From an uncultured Phenylobacterium sp. (GTDB lineage: Bacteria > Pseudomonadota > Alphaproteobacteria > Caulobacterales > Caulobacteraceae), in the NCBI GenBank assembly GCA_964643835.1, contig CAZXVO010000003.1, positions 1 to 43,300 of the forward strand: a stretch of DNA of 43,300 bases, given 5' to 3'. Made by a program: the position numbers and the translations under genes. How positions within the stretch are numbered: position 1 is the stretch's first letter; each line of letters opens with the position of its first letter. Under the pieces are notes generated by a model. It did no database searches and was not told the DNA's origin. It saw only the letters and a list, made by a program, of their open reading frames with translations. Positions 1 to 9,752 of the stretch are shown here, piece by piece.

Positions 1-1
1 G

Positions 2-484
<483 letters not shown>

Positions 485-490
485 GCGATC

Positions 491-757
491 ATGGCTGGCA
501 AGCTCCACTTCTCCCTCGTCTCGCCGGAGCGTGAGCTCTATGCGGGCGAGGTCGACCAGGTCGACGCGCCGGGCTCCGAAGGCGACTTCGGGGTCCTGGC
601 CAACCACGCGCCGTTCATGACGGCGCTCAAGGAAGGCCGGGTCCGCGTCTATGTCGGCGGCAAGACCACCGACTTCGACGTCAAGGGCGGCTTCGCGGAT
701 GTGACCCCGGAAGGGCTGACCATTCTCGCTGAGCATGCTCAAGAAGTCGCCAGCTAG
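491..757 (+). CDS. atpC: F0F1 ATP synthase epsilon subunit, N-terminal beta-sandwich only (88 aa)
   Basis: LHFSLVSPER...GSEGDFGVLANHAP...GGFADV; directly follows atpD. Confidence 0.97.
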   Translation: MAGKLHFSLVSPERELYAGEVDQVDAPGSEGDFGVLANHAPFMTALKEGRVRVYVGGKTTDFDVKGGFADVTPEGLTILAEHAQEVAS

Positions 758-821
758 GCGATCCGCCTCGCCTTGGCCGCAAACTCCGCTTAGGGGACTT
801 GCGAGGCGCTAAGTCTTTAAG

Positions 822-865
822 TGGTATAAGCGCTAGAAGCCTCGCCGTTCATGCGGCGGGGCTTC
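822..865 (+). promoter_or_regulatory. Possible extended -10 promoter followed by a 12-bp hairpin at the predicted 5' end of the 930 transcript
   Basis: TG-G-TATAAG at 822-830; GAAGCCTCGCCG-TTCATG-CGGCGGGGCTTC at 836-865, with no U-tract. Confidence 0.35.
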
Positions 866-929
866 AAGTACGAAGTGGAGCGGGTTCGCCGAACGGTGTT
901 GGGCGGCCCCTCGTGAGAGGAAACGACAC

Positions 930-1601
930 ATGCGCACCGCCGCCATCGCCAGCCTTATCGCCGTCGCCGGCCTCGCCAGCGCCGCTGCGGCCCAGACGAC
1001 CGCGGATCCCGCGGCCCCGGCGGCTCCCGCCGCGCCGCCCGCCGCGGAAGCTGCGCCTGCCGCTCCGCCCGCCGAAGCCGCCCCCGCCGCTGAAGCCGCC
1101 AAGCCCGAGCCGACCCTGCCCACCGACGGTGATGGCGCGGTCGTCACCAACGTGCTGACCAAGGTCTGCATGCCGATGGTCAAGGGCGGCGACTATGTCA
1201 GCCTGGCCACCGCCGCGGGCATGAAGAAGGCCAAGAAGGACGGCAACGTCGTCTACACCCTGCCGCTCACCGGCGGGTCCAAGGACTACGTGGTCATCGT
1301 CGAGAACCCCGGCTCCAACAAGCAGGTCTGCTCCCTGAAGCTGCAGTACGCGATCGACGGCGAGAAGCCGATCATCCGCTCGCTCAACATCTGGGCCTAT
1401 CTGCACGACCCCTACATGCCCGCCCAGCGCAACGACTACGTGCCGGCCACCGACGTGAAGCGCATCACCAACTCGTGGGAGTACTTCACCGACCACGAAT
1501 CCCAGGGCCTGGTCTTCGTCCAGCTGAAGAAGCCGGACGGCACGCCGCTGAACGCCAAGTACGACCAGGCGACCTTGCTCTACAGCGAGCGCACCTTCTA
1601 A
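930..1601 (+). CDS. Hypothetical exported protein with signal peptide and Pro/Ala-rich linker
   Basis: GAGAGG RBS, MRTAAIASLIAVAGLASAAAAQ signal peptide, AP-rich tract, about 160-aa globular domain with two Cys; strongly GC3-biased codons. Confidence 0.85.
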   Translation: MRTAAIASLIAVAGLASAAAAQTTADPAAPAAPAAPPAAEAAPAAPPAEAAPAAEAAKPEPTLPTDGDGAVVTNVLTKVCMPMVKGGDYVSLATAAGMKKAKKDGNVVYTLPLTGGSKDYVVIVENPGSNKQVCSLKLQYAIDGEKPIIRSLNIWAYLHDPYMPAQRNDYVPATDVKRITNSWEYFTDHESQGLVFVQLKKPDGTPLNAKYDQATLLYSERTF

Positions 1602-1623
1602 GCCGGTCAGCATTGCGAATCTG

Positions 1624-1658
1624 AAGGGCGTCGGGGTGACCCGGCGCCCTTTTTCGTT
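1624..1658 (+). terminator. Rho-independent terminator
   Basis: AAGGGCGTCGGG-GTGA-CCCGGCGCCCTT followed by TTTCGTTT. Confidence 0.8.
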
Positions 1659-1689
1659 TGGCCTCAGCGCGGATGCGCGGGGCGGGGGC

Positions 1690-2451
1690 TCAGAGCCCCG
1701 CCAACCACTCCAGGCTGGCGCGGGCCACGTTTTCCCAGCCTTCTTCGCCGGGCAGCCAGTGGCTCATGCCGGGCATCTCCAGAAAGGTCCCACCGATCCG
1801 CTCGGCGGTCTGGCGCACCGTGCCTGACGAATGGACCACGTCCCGCGATCCGGCCAGGACCAGGCTGGGAACCTTCAGAGGGCCGGGACCCAGGCTGGTG
1901 GTCATCAGCGGGTCCAGCCACCAGTTCAGGGTTTCGAACAGGGCGCGTCCGCTCTCCGGCCGTAGCCGGGCCAGGCAGGCGTCGCGCTCCGGCTTGGGCA
2001 GCCGGTCAAAGCTGTAGGCGCGGGCCAGGCCCGGGTCGGGGCTGACCGCCTGGAACCAGAACGGCCCCAGCATGTGCAGGCCAAAGGCGGTGACCGCCTC
2101 CTCGATGGTGCCGGCCGCAACGCCCCAGGGCGGCGAGGGGGCGAGCAGCACCAGGGCCTTCAGGTCGCAGCGGCGGGCGGCGAGCTGGGCCACCAGCCCG
2201 CCCATGGAATGGCCAACCAGGATCGGCGGCTCGTCTTGCTCGGCGCACAGGCGCGCGATCTCGCGGGCGTAGTCCGACATCGACTGGCCGGTCACCGCCG
2301 AAGCGGACTGGCCGTCGGCGTGGCCGGGCAGGTCCGGGGTCAGGACCCGAAAGCCGGCCTCGAAGGGGATGCGGAGACGCTCGAAGGTCCAGCCGCCGCA
2401 AAAGGCGCCGTGCACCATGATGACCGTGGAGGCCAAGGACCCATCCTTCAA
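1690..2451 (-). CDS. Alpha/beta fold hydrolase (esterase/lysophospholipase-like)
   Basis: VHGAFCGGW oxyanion motif, DLPGH, GHSMGG nucleophile elbow, catalytic D (GSRD) and H (SHW). Exact start uncertain. Confidence 0.9.
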   Translation of the reverse strand: MKDGSLASTVIMVHGAFCGGWTFERLRIPFEAGFRVLTPDLPGHADGQSASAVTGQSMSDYAREIARLCAEQDEPPILVGHSMGGLVAQLAARRCDLKALVLLAPSPPWGVAAGTIEEAVTAFGLHMLGPFWFQAVSPDPGLARAYSFDRLPKPERDACLARLRPESGRALFETLNWWLDPLMTTSLGPGPLKVPSLVLAGSRDVVHSSGTVRQTAERIGGTFLEMPGMSHWLPGEEGWENVARASLEWLAGL

Positions 2452-2459
2452 TTTCGCCC

Positions 2460-2951
2460 TCAGGCGGCGCGGCCGGGCAGACCCGCAAAGTCGTGAAACG
2501 CATCGACCACAGCCTCATAGGTCGGGCGCTTGAAGGGCACAATGAGATCGCAGACCTCATCCAGCCGCCCCCAACGCCATGCGTCGAATTCGGGCGTCCC
2601 GTCGGCCTCAAGGTCGATCTCCGCCTCGTCGCCGTCGAACCGGAAGGCGAACCAGACCTGGCGCTGGCCCTTGAAGCCGCGCGCCAGCTTGCCGGTATGC
2701 TCGGGTGGAAAATCGTAGGTCAGCCAGCCGTCGGTGCGGCCCAGCAGGGCGACGCTTGAGACGCCGGTCTCCTCGGCCAGTTCGCGGCGGGCCGCGGTCT
2801 CAAGGTCCTCACCGGCGTCGACGCCGCCTTGCGGGAACTGCCAGTTGTAGGGCGGGGGCGTCTTGGCCCGGCGGCCCAGCCAGACCCGGCCATCAGGATG
2901 AAACAGCACCACGCCGACATTGGGCCGGTAGGCGGAGAGGTCTGGACTCAT
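2460..2951 (-). CDS. rppH: RNA pyrophosphohydrolase (Nudix)
   Basis: MSPDLSAYRPNVG, WQFPQGGVDAGEDLETAARRELAEETG Nudix box, GQRQVWF, EFDAWRW, IVPFKR; ATG at 2951 overlaps the upstream stop (ATGA). Confidence 0.96.
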   Translation of the reverse strand: MSPDLSAYRPNVGVVLFHPDGRVWLGRRAKTPPPYNWQFPQGGVDAGEDLETAARRELAEETGVSSVALLGRTDGWLTYDFPPEHTGKLARGFKGQRQVWFAFRFDGDEAEIDLEADGTPEFDAWRWGRLDEVCDLIVPFKRPTYEAVVDAFHDFAGLPGRAA

Positions 2952-4114
2952 TTTCTCGACATGAGGGCGGAGGCGGGGGCCAGTTGATAGCCCCGATCCT
3001 CGACCCCCTGGGCCCAATTCGCCACCTGGTTGATGGTGACCGGATAGGCGAAGCCCGAGCCCAGGGCCTGGCCCCGCTGCAGGGCTCCGGCCTCCAGGGC
3101 CAGCAGCTGCTGATCGATGGTGTCCGAAGACAGGGCGTCGTCGATGATCCGCTCGGCCGAGGCCCGCGGCAGGCCGCCACCGCGCCGGGCGGCCGAGCCA
3201 TCGTCGATGAAGGCCAGGCCGCGGCTGCGCAGGGAATCGGAAAAGGCGCCCATGGCCTCGTTCGACTGCAGGAAGCGCGAGCCCAGATAGTTGGTCACCC
3301 CGAAATAGCCGGTGGCGCGGCTGAGCAGCCATTCCAGCTTCTTGACCGTCTCGGCCGGCTGGGCGCGGGACATCAGGGTGTAGGGTCCAGGATCGTTCTC
3401 GGGATAGTCCACTGGCTCCATGGGGGCTTCCAGCAGCACCTCGTGGCCGTTGGCGCGGGCCAGGTCGATCCAGCCCTGCAGGTTCTCCGAATAGGGCACG
3501 AAGGACAGGGTGATTTCCGGCGGCAGGGTCTCGATGGCCTGGCGGGTGGCGGTGGCGTTCAGGCCCAGCCCGCCGATCACCAGGGAGATCTTGGGCCGGC
3601 CGTTGGAGGTGAAGGGCCGCGCATAGGCCTGGGCCGGCGTGCGCCCGCCGGGGCCGATCACCGGCAGCGGGCCGTTGGGGCCGGCGACCGTCAGGCCGGC
3701 GATGGGGGCCGGCGGCAGGGGCGAGCTCGGATGGACGCTGCGCCCGCCAGGCAGTGTGATGGTGGCCTCGCCGCCGGGGCCCATGCCGGGGCCCATTGGC
3801 GATTCTGACAGGCTGTAGGTCTCCTCCGCCAGGGCGGCGTCACCGCCATGCTCGGCCAGCAGGGCCTCGCGCCAGCCGGGCGGGGCGGCCATGGCGGCGA
3901 CCTTAGCCAGCGAGATGCGCACCACCGGCGTGCCGGCCTTGGGGTCGCCCATGGCCGCGATCAGCCCCACCGTGGTCAGCAGGAACAGGCCGGCCGCGCC
4001 GCCAGCGCTGATGTAGGGATTGGAGAGGGCCCGGACCAAGGCTTCCGGCGGCCGGAAGCCCCCGGAGGCCGAGGGCGTCGCGATAGCGAGTTTCTTCTTG
4101 GAGAATGCGGGCAT
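2948..4114 (-). CDS. Divergent polysaccharide deacetylase family protein (YibQ-like), membrane anchored
   Basis: N-terminal TM, ISLVIGGLG, GHEVLLEAPMEP, GVTNYLGSRF, GLAFIDDGS; usual position upstream of rppH. Confidence 0.9.
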   Translation of the reverse strand: MPAFSKKKLAIATPSASGGFRPPEALVRALSNPYISAGGAAGLFLLTTVGLIAAMGDPKAGTPVVRISLAKVAAMAAPPGWREALLAEHGGDAALAEETYSLSESPMGPGMGPGGEATITLPGGRSVHPSSPLPPAPIAGLTVAGPNGPLPVIGPGGRTPAQAYARPFTSNGRPKISLVIGGLGLNATATRQAIETLPPEITLSFVPYSENLQGWIDLARANGHEVLLEAPMEPVDYPENDPGPYTLMSRAQPAETVKKLEWLLSRATGYFGVTNYLGSRFLQSNEAMGAFSDSLRSRGLAFIDDGSAARRGGGLPRASAERIIDDALSSDTIDQQLLALEAGALQRGQALGSGFAYPVTINQVANWAQGVEDRGYQLAPASALMSRK

Positions 4115-4230
4115 GGTACAGGCGCTCCTGCCCAACAGGGTGAACGAACATGGTTAATGAAAGCCTGTGCAGGCGGACCCCAAGGGCGGCGCATTCGCCG
4201 CACCCCGACTGGGCGCGATAAGTTCCTAGA

Positions 4231-4246
4231 TTAAGACCCTGATAAC
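4231..4246 (+). promoter_or_regulatory. CtrA-like binding site upstream of the MCP gene
   Basis: TTAA-GACCCTG-ATAAC, one mismatch to TTAA-N7-TTAAC; GANTC (GACTC) at 4257-4261. Confidence 0.5.
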
Positions 4247-4342
4247 CGGCGCAAACGACTCTTTCCCAATCGCCATTATCCTGGATTGTCTAGTGCAATC
4301 GAAGGTTTAGGCGGCCCACGCTCCAATCGCCGGACTTCAAAC

Positions 4343-6262
4343 ATGAACCTGATCGACAACTGGAAGATCTCCACCAAGATCCTGGCCGCCCTGATCTTCG
4401 TCTCCCTGGCCTTCGCCGCCAGCGCGACCTATTCCAGCCTGCAACTGAACTACATCAGCTCGACCTATGACGAATTGGCGTCGAACAGCGAGCCCAGCGC
4501 CCTGGAAATGTCCCGCGCCAATCGCCGGATCCAGAGCATTGGCTACGCCGCCTACCGTGCGATCGCCTACGAGGGCGGCACGGCTGAGGGCGAGAACGCC
4601 AAGTCGTCGTTCGAAGAGTCGATCAAGAAGATGAACGACAATTTCAATAAGGCCGCCGCCCTGGACCCGGCCGCCGCGTCGAGCATCAAGGATTTCCAGA
4701 AACGCGCCAATGTCATCGCCGAAGCGTCCCGGCAGGCCGTCGAGTTCGGCCAGCTCAACCTCGCTGACCCCGCCAAGGCCGTGATGGTTGAACAGGACCC
4801 CAAGATCGAAGCCCTGACCAAGGACATCCGGGACTGGACCGACAACCACGGCAAGGAAGACTTGGCCATTGCGAGCCAACTCAACTCCGCCAGCAAGACG
4901 GCGATCCTGATGAACGTGGTCCTGGGCGTCGGCGGTATCGGCCTGGGCCTCGGCTTCGGCCTGTGGATGTCCCGCTCCAAGATCGCCGCGCCCCTGAACC
5001 GCCTGTCGGACCGGATGCGCAAGCTGGCGGACGGCGACCTGTCCGTCTCTGTCGAAGGCCAGGAGCGCGCCGACGAGGTCGGCCACATGGCCAAGGCCGT
5101 CCAGGTGTTCAAGGACAACGCCCTGCGCGCCAAGGAGCTGGAGACCGAGGCCGAGCACGCCCGGGCCCTGGCCGAGGACGAGCGCGGCCGCACCGAGGCG
5201 GAACGCCGCCGCACCGAGGCCGAGCAGGCCATGGTGGTCAAGACCCTGGCCGACAGCCTGGGTCGACTGGCCGGCGGTGACCTGACCGCCCGCATCGATC
5301 AGGCCTTCGAGGGCCAGTACGCCCAGATCCGCACCGACTTCAACTCCGCGGTGGACAGCCTCCGCGAAGCGATGAGCGCCATTGCGGCGACCACCCAGGG
5401 CCTGCGCGGCGGGGCGGACGAGATTTCCAGCGCCTCCAACGACCTGTCCAAGCGCACGGAACAACAGGCGGCCAGCCTGGAGGAGACGGCCGCGGCGCTC
5501 GACGAGATCACCGCCACGGTGAAGCGCAGCGCCGACGGGGCCAAGCAGGCCTCTGGCGCCGCCTCCGGCGCCCGCGCCGAGGCCGCCCAATCCGGCCGCG
5601 TGGTCAGCGAGGCTGTCGCGGCCATGTCCGAGATCGAGCAGAGCTCGGGCCAGATCACCCAGATCATCGGCGTGATCGACGAGATCGCCTTCCAGACCAA
5701 TCTGCTGGCCCTGAATGCGGGCGTTGAAGCGGCCCGGGCCGGGGACGCCGGCAAGGGTTTCGCCGTGGTCGCCTCCGAAGTGCGGGCCCTGGCCCAGCGC
5801 TCGGCGGAAGCTGCGAAGGAGATCAAGGACCTGATCGCCAGCTCCAGCGCTCAGGTCGAGCGCGGGGTGAAGCTGGTGGGTGACACTGGCCAGGCCCTGC
5901 AGTCCATCGTGGCCAAGGTTTCGGAAATCGACGCCCTGATCTCGGAGATCGCGTCCTCGTCCCAGGAACAGGCCACCGGCCTCAACCAGGTCAATTCCGC
6001 CGTCAACCAGATGGCCCAGGTGACCCAGCAGAACGCCGCCATGGTGGAGCAGTCCACCGCCGCCGCCGCTAACCTGCGCACCGAGGCGGTGAACCTGGCC
6101 GATCTCGTCTCGCGGTTCCGCACCGGGGATTCGGTGGTGGCGGCCTCGCGGCCGTCCGCCCCGGCCCGCGCCCACGCGCCTGCCCCGCGGCCTGCGGCCA
6201 AGATCGCGGTGAACCCCCCCCACAGCGCCCCGGCGCCCACGGACGACTGGGAAGAGTTCTAA
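4343..6262 (+). CDS. Methyl-accepting chemotaxis protein
   Basis: Two TM segments around a helical periplasmic domain, HAMP ([12 protein letters not shown]), [35 protein letters not shown]-terminal pentapeptide DWEEF. Confidence 0.97.
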   Translation: MNLIDNWKISTKILAALIFVSLAFAASATYSSLQLNYISSTYDELASNSEPSALEMSRANRRIQSIGYAAYRAIAYEGGTAEGENAKSSFEESIKKMNDNFNKAAALDPAAASSIKDFQKRANVIAEASRQAVEFGQLNLADPAKAVMVEQDPKIEALTKDIRDWTDNHGKEDLAIASQLNSASKTAILMNVVLGVGGIGLGLGFGLWMSRSKIAAPLNRLSDRMRKLADGDLSVSVEGQERADEVGHMAKAVQVFKDNALRAKELETEAEHARALAEDERGRTEAERRRTEAEQAMVVKTLADSLGRLAGGDLTARIDQAFEGQYAQIRTDFNSAVDSLREAMSAIAATTQGLRGGADEISSASNDLSKRTEQQAASLEETAAALDEITATVKRSADGAKQASGAASGARAEAAQSGRVVSEAVAAMSEIEQSSGQITQIIGVIDEIAFQTNLLALNAGVEAARAGDAGKGFAVVASEVRALAQRSAEAAKEIKDLIASSSAQVERGVKLVGDTGQALQSIVAKVSEIDALISEIASSSQEQATGLNQVNSAVNQMAQVTQQNAAMVEQSTAAAANLRTEAVNLADLVSRFRTGDSVVAASRPSAPARAHAPAPRPAAKIAVNPPHSAPAPTDDWEEF

Positions 6263-6308
6263 GCCTGACCCCACGCCGCCGGGGCCTGGCGGCGTATGAG
6301 CGCTACGG

Positions 6309-6338
6309 AAGGGGAGCCGCTCATGCGGCTCCCCTTTT
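6309..6338 (+). terminator. Rho-independent terminator between convergent MCP and dehydrogenase genes
   Basis: AAGGGGAGCCGC-TCAT-GCGGCTCCCCTTTT, perfect 12-bp stem; a second hairpin lies at about 6272-6294. Confidence 0.8.
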
Positions 6339-6340
6339 GC

Positions 6341-7378
6341 TTAGGGGGTGAGCACCATCTTCAGCGCGCCGTCCTTGCGGCCGTCGAACAGGTCGTAGGC
6401 GTGCGCGCCGTCGCTGAGCGGCAGGACGTGGCTGATATAGCGTTCCGGCTTCAGCCGGCCGGCCTGAATCAGCGGGATCAGCTCCGGCCATTCCTCGGGC
6501 ACCGAGCAGGTCCCGATCCGGAAGGTCAGGCCCATGGCGAAGGCCCGGCCCATGGGGAAGTCGAATTGGCGGTCCTGGTTGACCCCGATCACCGACACCG
6601 TCCCGCGCTTGGCGGCCAGGCGCAGGGAGAGCGAGATGGTGGCGTCGGCGCCCACCGCTTCAACGATGGAATCGACCATCCGGCCCTTGGTCATCTCGGC
6701 GATGATCTGCGGGGCGTCTGTGGGGTCGAGGGCGATGGCGCCCAGCTGCTCGGCCAGCTTGCGCCGCTCCGGCACCAGGTCGATGGCGAAGACCCGCGCG
6801 GCGCCGAGCACGAAGGCGCCCTCCACCGCCATCAGGCCGATCGGGCCAAGGCCGACGACGGCCACCGTCTTGCCCGACGAGATCTCGGCGTTGCGGCACC
6901 CGAACCAGGCCGTGGCCAGGCTGTCGGTCATCATCAGCGCCTGATCGGTGGTGATCCCTTCGGGGATGACCGTGGCGTTGAAGTCGGCGGCCGGCACCCG
7001 CATGGCCTCGGCCTGGCAGCCCTCCAGCCTATGCGACAGGCCATAGCAGCCGGCGGCGTTATTGGCGCAATTGACCACGTTGCCGGCCAGGCAGGAGGCG
7101 CAGGCCCCGCAGCCCACCGCGGCCGACATCATCACCTTGTCCCCGACCTTCAGGCGCTTCACCGCCCGGCCGATCTCGACCACCTCGCCCACGGCCTCGT
7201 GGCCGACGCAGAAGCCGAAGTCCTCGGAGAAGCCGTGGCCGTGATAGATGTGCAGGTCAGAGCCGCAGATGGCGCAGCGGTCGATCTTGATGATCGCGTC
7301 CTGGTCGCTGGCCAGCTTGGGGTCGTCCATGGACTCGTAGCGGATGTCCCGGGCGCCGAAATAACGCAGAGCCTTCAT
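6341..7378 (-). CDS. Zn-dependent alcohol dehydrogenase (MDR family)
   Basis: ICGSDLH, GHEAVGEV, CGACASC...C structural Zn, GLGPIG Rossmann motif. Confidence 0.95.
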   Translation of the reverse strand: MKALRYFGARDIRYESMDDPKLASDQDAIIKIDRCAICGSDLHIYHGHGFSEDFGFCVGHEAVGEVVEIGRAVKRLKVGDKVMMSAAVGCGACASCLAGNVVNCANNAAGCYGLSHRLEGCQAEAMRVPAADFNATVIPEGITTDQALMMTDSLATAWFGCRNAEISSGKTVAVVGLGPIGLMAVEGAFVLGAARVFAIDLVPERRKLAEQLGAIALDPTDAPQIIAEMTKGRMVDSIVEAVGADATISLSLRLAAKRGTVSVIGVNQDRQFDFPMGRAFAMGLTFRIGTCSVPEEWPELIPLIQAGRLKPERYISHVLPLSDGAHAYDLFDGRKDGALKMVLTP

Positions 7379-7388
7379 CGCAATCTCC

Positions 7389-8615
7389 TCAGCGCGCGTT
7401 CTTTTCGTTGTACTCGCGGATCTTCTGCTTCCCGAGCTGCGACATGTGGACCTCGTCCGGGCCGTCGGCGATACGCAGGTAGCGGTTCAGGGTGAAGAAG
7501 TAGGCGATCGGGGTGTCGTCCGACACGCCCATACCGCCGTGGGCCTGCAGGGCGCGGTCGGCGATGGTCTGGGCCATCTGCGGGGCCACCACCTTGATCG
7601 CGGCGATCAGGTCCTTGGCGACCTTGTTGCCATAGCGGTCCATCTGGTCGGCGGCCTTGAAGGTCAGCAGGCGCGCCATCTCGATCTCGCAATAGGAGCG
7701 GGCCACGTCCTGGCGGATGCTGGACTGGTCCGACAGCTTCTTGCCGAAGGCGACGCGGTTCTCGACCCGGCGGGCCATGATCTCCAGCGACCGCTGGGCC
7801 TGGCCGATGGAGCGCATGCAGTGGTGGATGCGGCCAGGGCCGAGGCGGCCTTGCGCGATCTCGAAGCCGCGGCCCTCGCCCAGGATCAGGTTGGACTTGG
7901 GCACCCGCACGTTCTCGAACTTCAGCTCGCACTCGCCGCCCGGCGAGTTCATGGAGCCGAACACGGTCTGGTTCCGCACGATGGTCACGCCCGGGGTCGA
8001 GCGCGGCACGATGATGGTCGAGTGCTGGGCGTGGCGCGGATTGTCCAGCAGGGTCTTGCCCATGACCAGGAACAGGTCGCAGCGCGGGTGCATGGCGCCG
8101 GAGATCCACCACTTGCGCCCGTTCAGAACATAGTCGTCGCCGTCCGGCAGGATGGTGAGCTCCAGGTTGGTGGCGTCGGACGAGGCCACCTGCGGCTCGG
8201 TCATCACATAGGCCGAGCGGATCTCGCCGTTTAGCAGGGGCTTCAGCCACTGGGCCTGTTGCTCGGGGCTGCCGTACTTGGCCAGCACCTCCATGTTGCC
8301 GGTGTCGGGCGCGGAGCAGTTGAACACCACCGAAGACCACGGCACGCGGCCCATGATCTCGGCCAGGGGCGCGTATTCCAGGTTGGTCAGGCCGGGGCTG
8401 AATTCGCCGTACTCATGGGGCAGGAACAAGTTCCAGAGGCCCTCGGCGCGGGCCTTGGCCTTCAGGTCCTCCATGCCCGGCCACTCCTGCCACAGGTTGG
8501 CCGGATCGTGGACGAAGTGGTGATAGGCCTCCTCGTTCGGATAGATGTGGGCGTCCATGAACGCCTCAAGCCTGGCGATCAGGGCCTTCACCTTGTCGGT
8601 GTGTTCGAACTGCAT
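7389..8615 (-). CDS. Acyl-CoA dehydrogenase, ACAD10/11 C-terminal (LvaC-like) type
   Basis: [67 protein letters not shown]. Confidence 0.95.
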   Translation of the reverse strand: MQFEHTDKVKALIARLEAFMDAHIYPNEEAYHHFVHDPANLWQEWPGMEDLKAKARAEGLWNLFLPHEYGEFSPGLTNLEYAPLAEIMGRVPWSSVVFNCSAPDTGNMEVLAKYGSPEQQAQWLKPLLNGEIRSAYVMTEPQVASSDATNLELTILPDGDDYVLNGRKWWISGAMHPRCDLFLVMGKTLLDNPRHAQHSTIIVPRSTPGVTIVRNQTVFGSMNSPGGECELKFENVRVPKSNLILGEGRGFEIAQGRLGPGRIHHCMRSIGQAQRSLEIMARRVENRVAFGKKLSDQSSIRQDVARSYCEIEMARLLTFKAADQMDRYGNKVAKDLIAAIKVVAPQMAQTIADRALQAHGGMGVSDDTPIAYFFTLNRYLRIADGPDEVHMSQLGKQKIREYNEKNAR

Positions 8616-8645
8616 GGGATTTCTCGGGGTCTCGGGGAGCGGGCG

Positions 8646-9674
8646 TCAGCGGATCCAGCGCAGGGCGCGCTCGAACAGGCTGATGGTGTGGGCGTGGAGA
8701 CGGTCGCCGGTCTCCTTCGGGGCCTGGCCGGCGCAGGCGCGGGCATGGGTGCCCTCGAGGATCAGGCCGAGCTTGTAGCAGGCCAGCACCGCGTACCAGT
8801 CGATGTGGCTCATGTCGCGCGAGGTGCGCGGCTGGTAGTGCTCGACCAATTCCTTGGCGCTCGGGAAGCCGCCCCAGGGCTGGATATTGACCCCGAAGTC
8901 GCGGGGTTGCTCGTCCTCCTGCCAGGTGGCCAGCAGCCAGCCGAGATCGAGCAGGGGATCGCCGATGGTGGTCAGCTCCCAGTCGACAATGGCGGCGAGC
9001 TCTGGCCCGTCATGGCGGAACATCACATTGGCCAGGTGGTAGTCGCCGTGGATGATCCCTGGCTGGAAGGTCGGCGGGCGATGCTGTTCCAGCCAGGCTG
9101 CGACCTGGTCGACGCCTGGGATCTGGCCAGGCCCGGTCCAGCCCGGGAACTGGGCGTAGCTGTCCAGCTGGGCCTTCCAGCGGGCGACCTGGCGCTCCAG
9201 GTAGTTGTCCACCTTGCCGAAGTCCGACAGGCCCAGCGCCTGATAGTCCAGGGCGCCCAGGGCCGCGATCCCCTCGACCAGGGCCAGGCCCATCCGGTGG
9301 CGGATCTCGCGCGAGCCCGCATGCAGGGGCGGCAGGCCGGTGGAGGGATTGAAGCCGTCGATGGGCTCCATGAGGTAGAAGGCCGCGCCGATCACGTCCT
9401 CGGCCGCGCAGGCGGCGATCAGGCCAGGGTGCGGCACGTCCGTGCCTTTCAGCGCTGCCAGCATGCGGGCCTCGCGGCGCATGGTGTCGTTGGAATTGGC
9501 GCGCAGGTGCGGCGGCGGACGACGCAGCACATAGGTCCGGCCCGCGCGCGAGAAGCGCAGCAGGATATTCTGGGTCCCGCCGCCCAGCAGGGTCGCGTCG
9601 ACGATGGGGCCGTCGCCCAGGCCCTGTCCGTCCATCCAGCCGGCCAGCGCCGCCAGGTCCACTTGTGTTTCCAC
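8646..9674 (-). CDS. Phosphotransferase (APH/choline kinase fold), ACAD10/11 N-terminal (LvaA-like) type
   Basis: GGGTQN, YVLRRPP, REAR, FYLME, HGDYHLAN, IVDWEL, GDPLLDLGW. Confidence 0.93.
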   Translation of the reverse strand: METQVDLAALAGWMDGQGLGDGPIVDATLLGGGTQNILLRFSRAGRTYVLRRPPPHLRANSNDTMRREARMLAALKGTDVPHPGLIAACAAEDVIGAAFYLMEPIDGFNPSTGLPPLHAGSREIRHRMGLALVEGIAALGALDYQALGLSDFGKVDNYLERQVARWKAQLDSYAQFPGWTGPGQIPGVDQVAAWLEQHRPPTFQPGIIHGDYHLANVMFRHDGPELAAIVDWELTTIGDPLLDLGWLLATWQEDEQPRDFGVNIQPWGGFPSAKELVEHYQPRTSRDMSHIDWYAVLACYKLGLILEGTHARACAGQAPKETGDRLHAHTISLFERALRWIR

Positions 9675-9699
9675 CCGTCCGGTCCTCCGCCCGGTTTAA

Positions 9700-9722
9700 G
9701 TCAATTGGATAATGCAGTTGAC
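9700..9722. promoter_or_regulatory. Palindromic operator between the divergent kinase operon and the TetR gene
   Basis: GTCAATTGGAT-A-ATGCAGTTGAC, 9 of 11 arm positions complementary, AT-rich in a GC-rich background. Confidence 0.6.
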
Positions 9723-9752
9723 CTAGGTCCTATGCAATGAGATTCAGCCCCC

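Noticed and set aside
1005-1100. GCC/CCG-rich quasi-repeats
   Set aside because: They encode the Ala/Pro linker of the 930-1601 protein.
2460-3332. 290-aa version of rppH
   Set aside because: The extension overlaps the deacetylase gene in another frame; the ATG at 2951 gives a normal RppH with stop/start coupling.
4337-6274. 645-aa antisense ORF over the MCP, and similar long shadow ORFs (8259-9740, 17327-19672, 34401-35975, 40197-41672)
   Set aside because: They mirror well-supported genes on the opposite strand, show no motifs, and are expected from high-GC codon bias.
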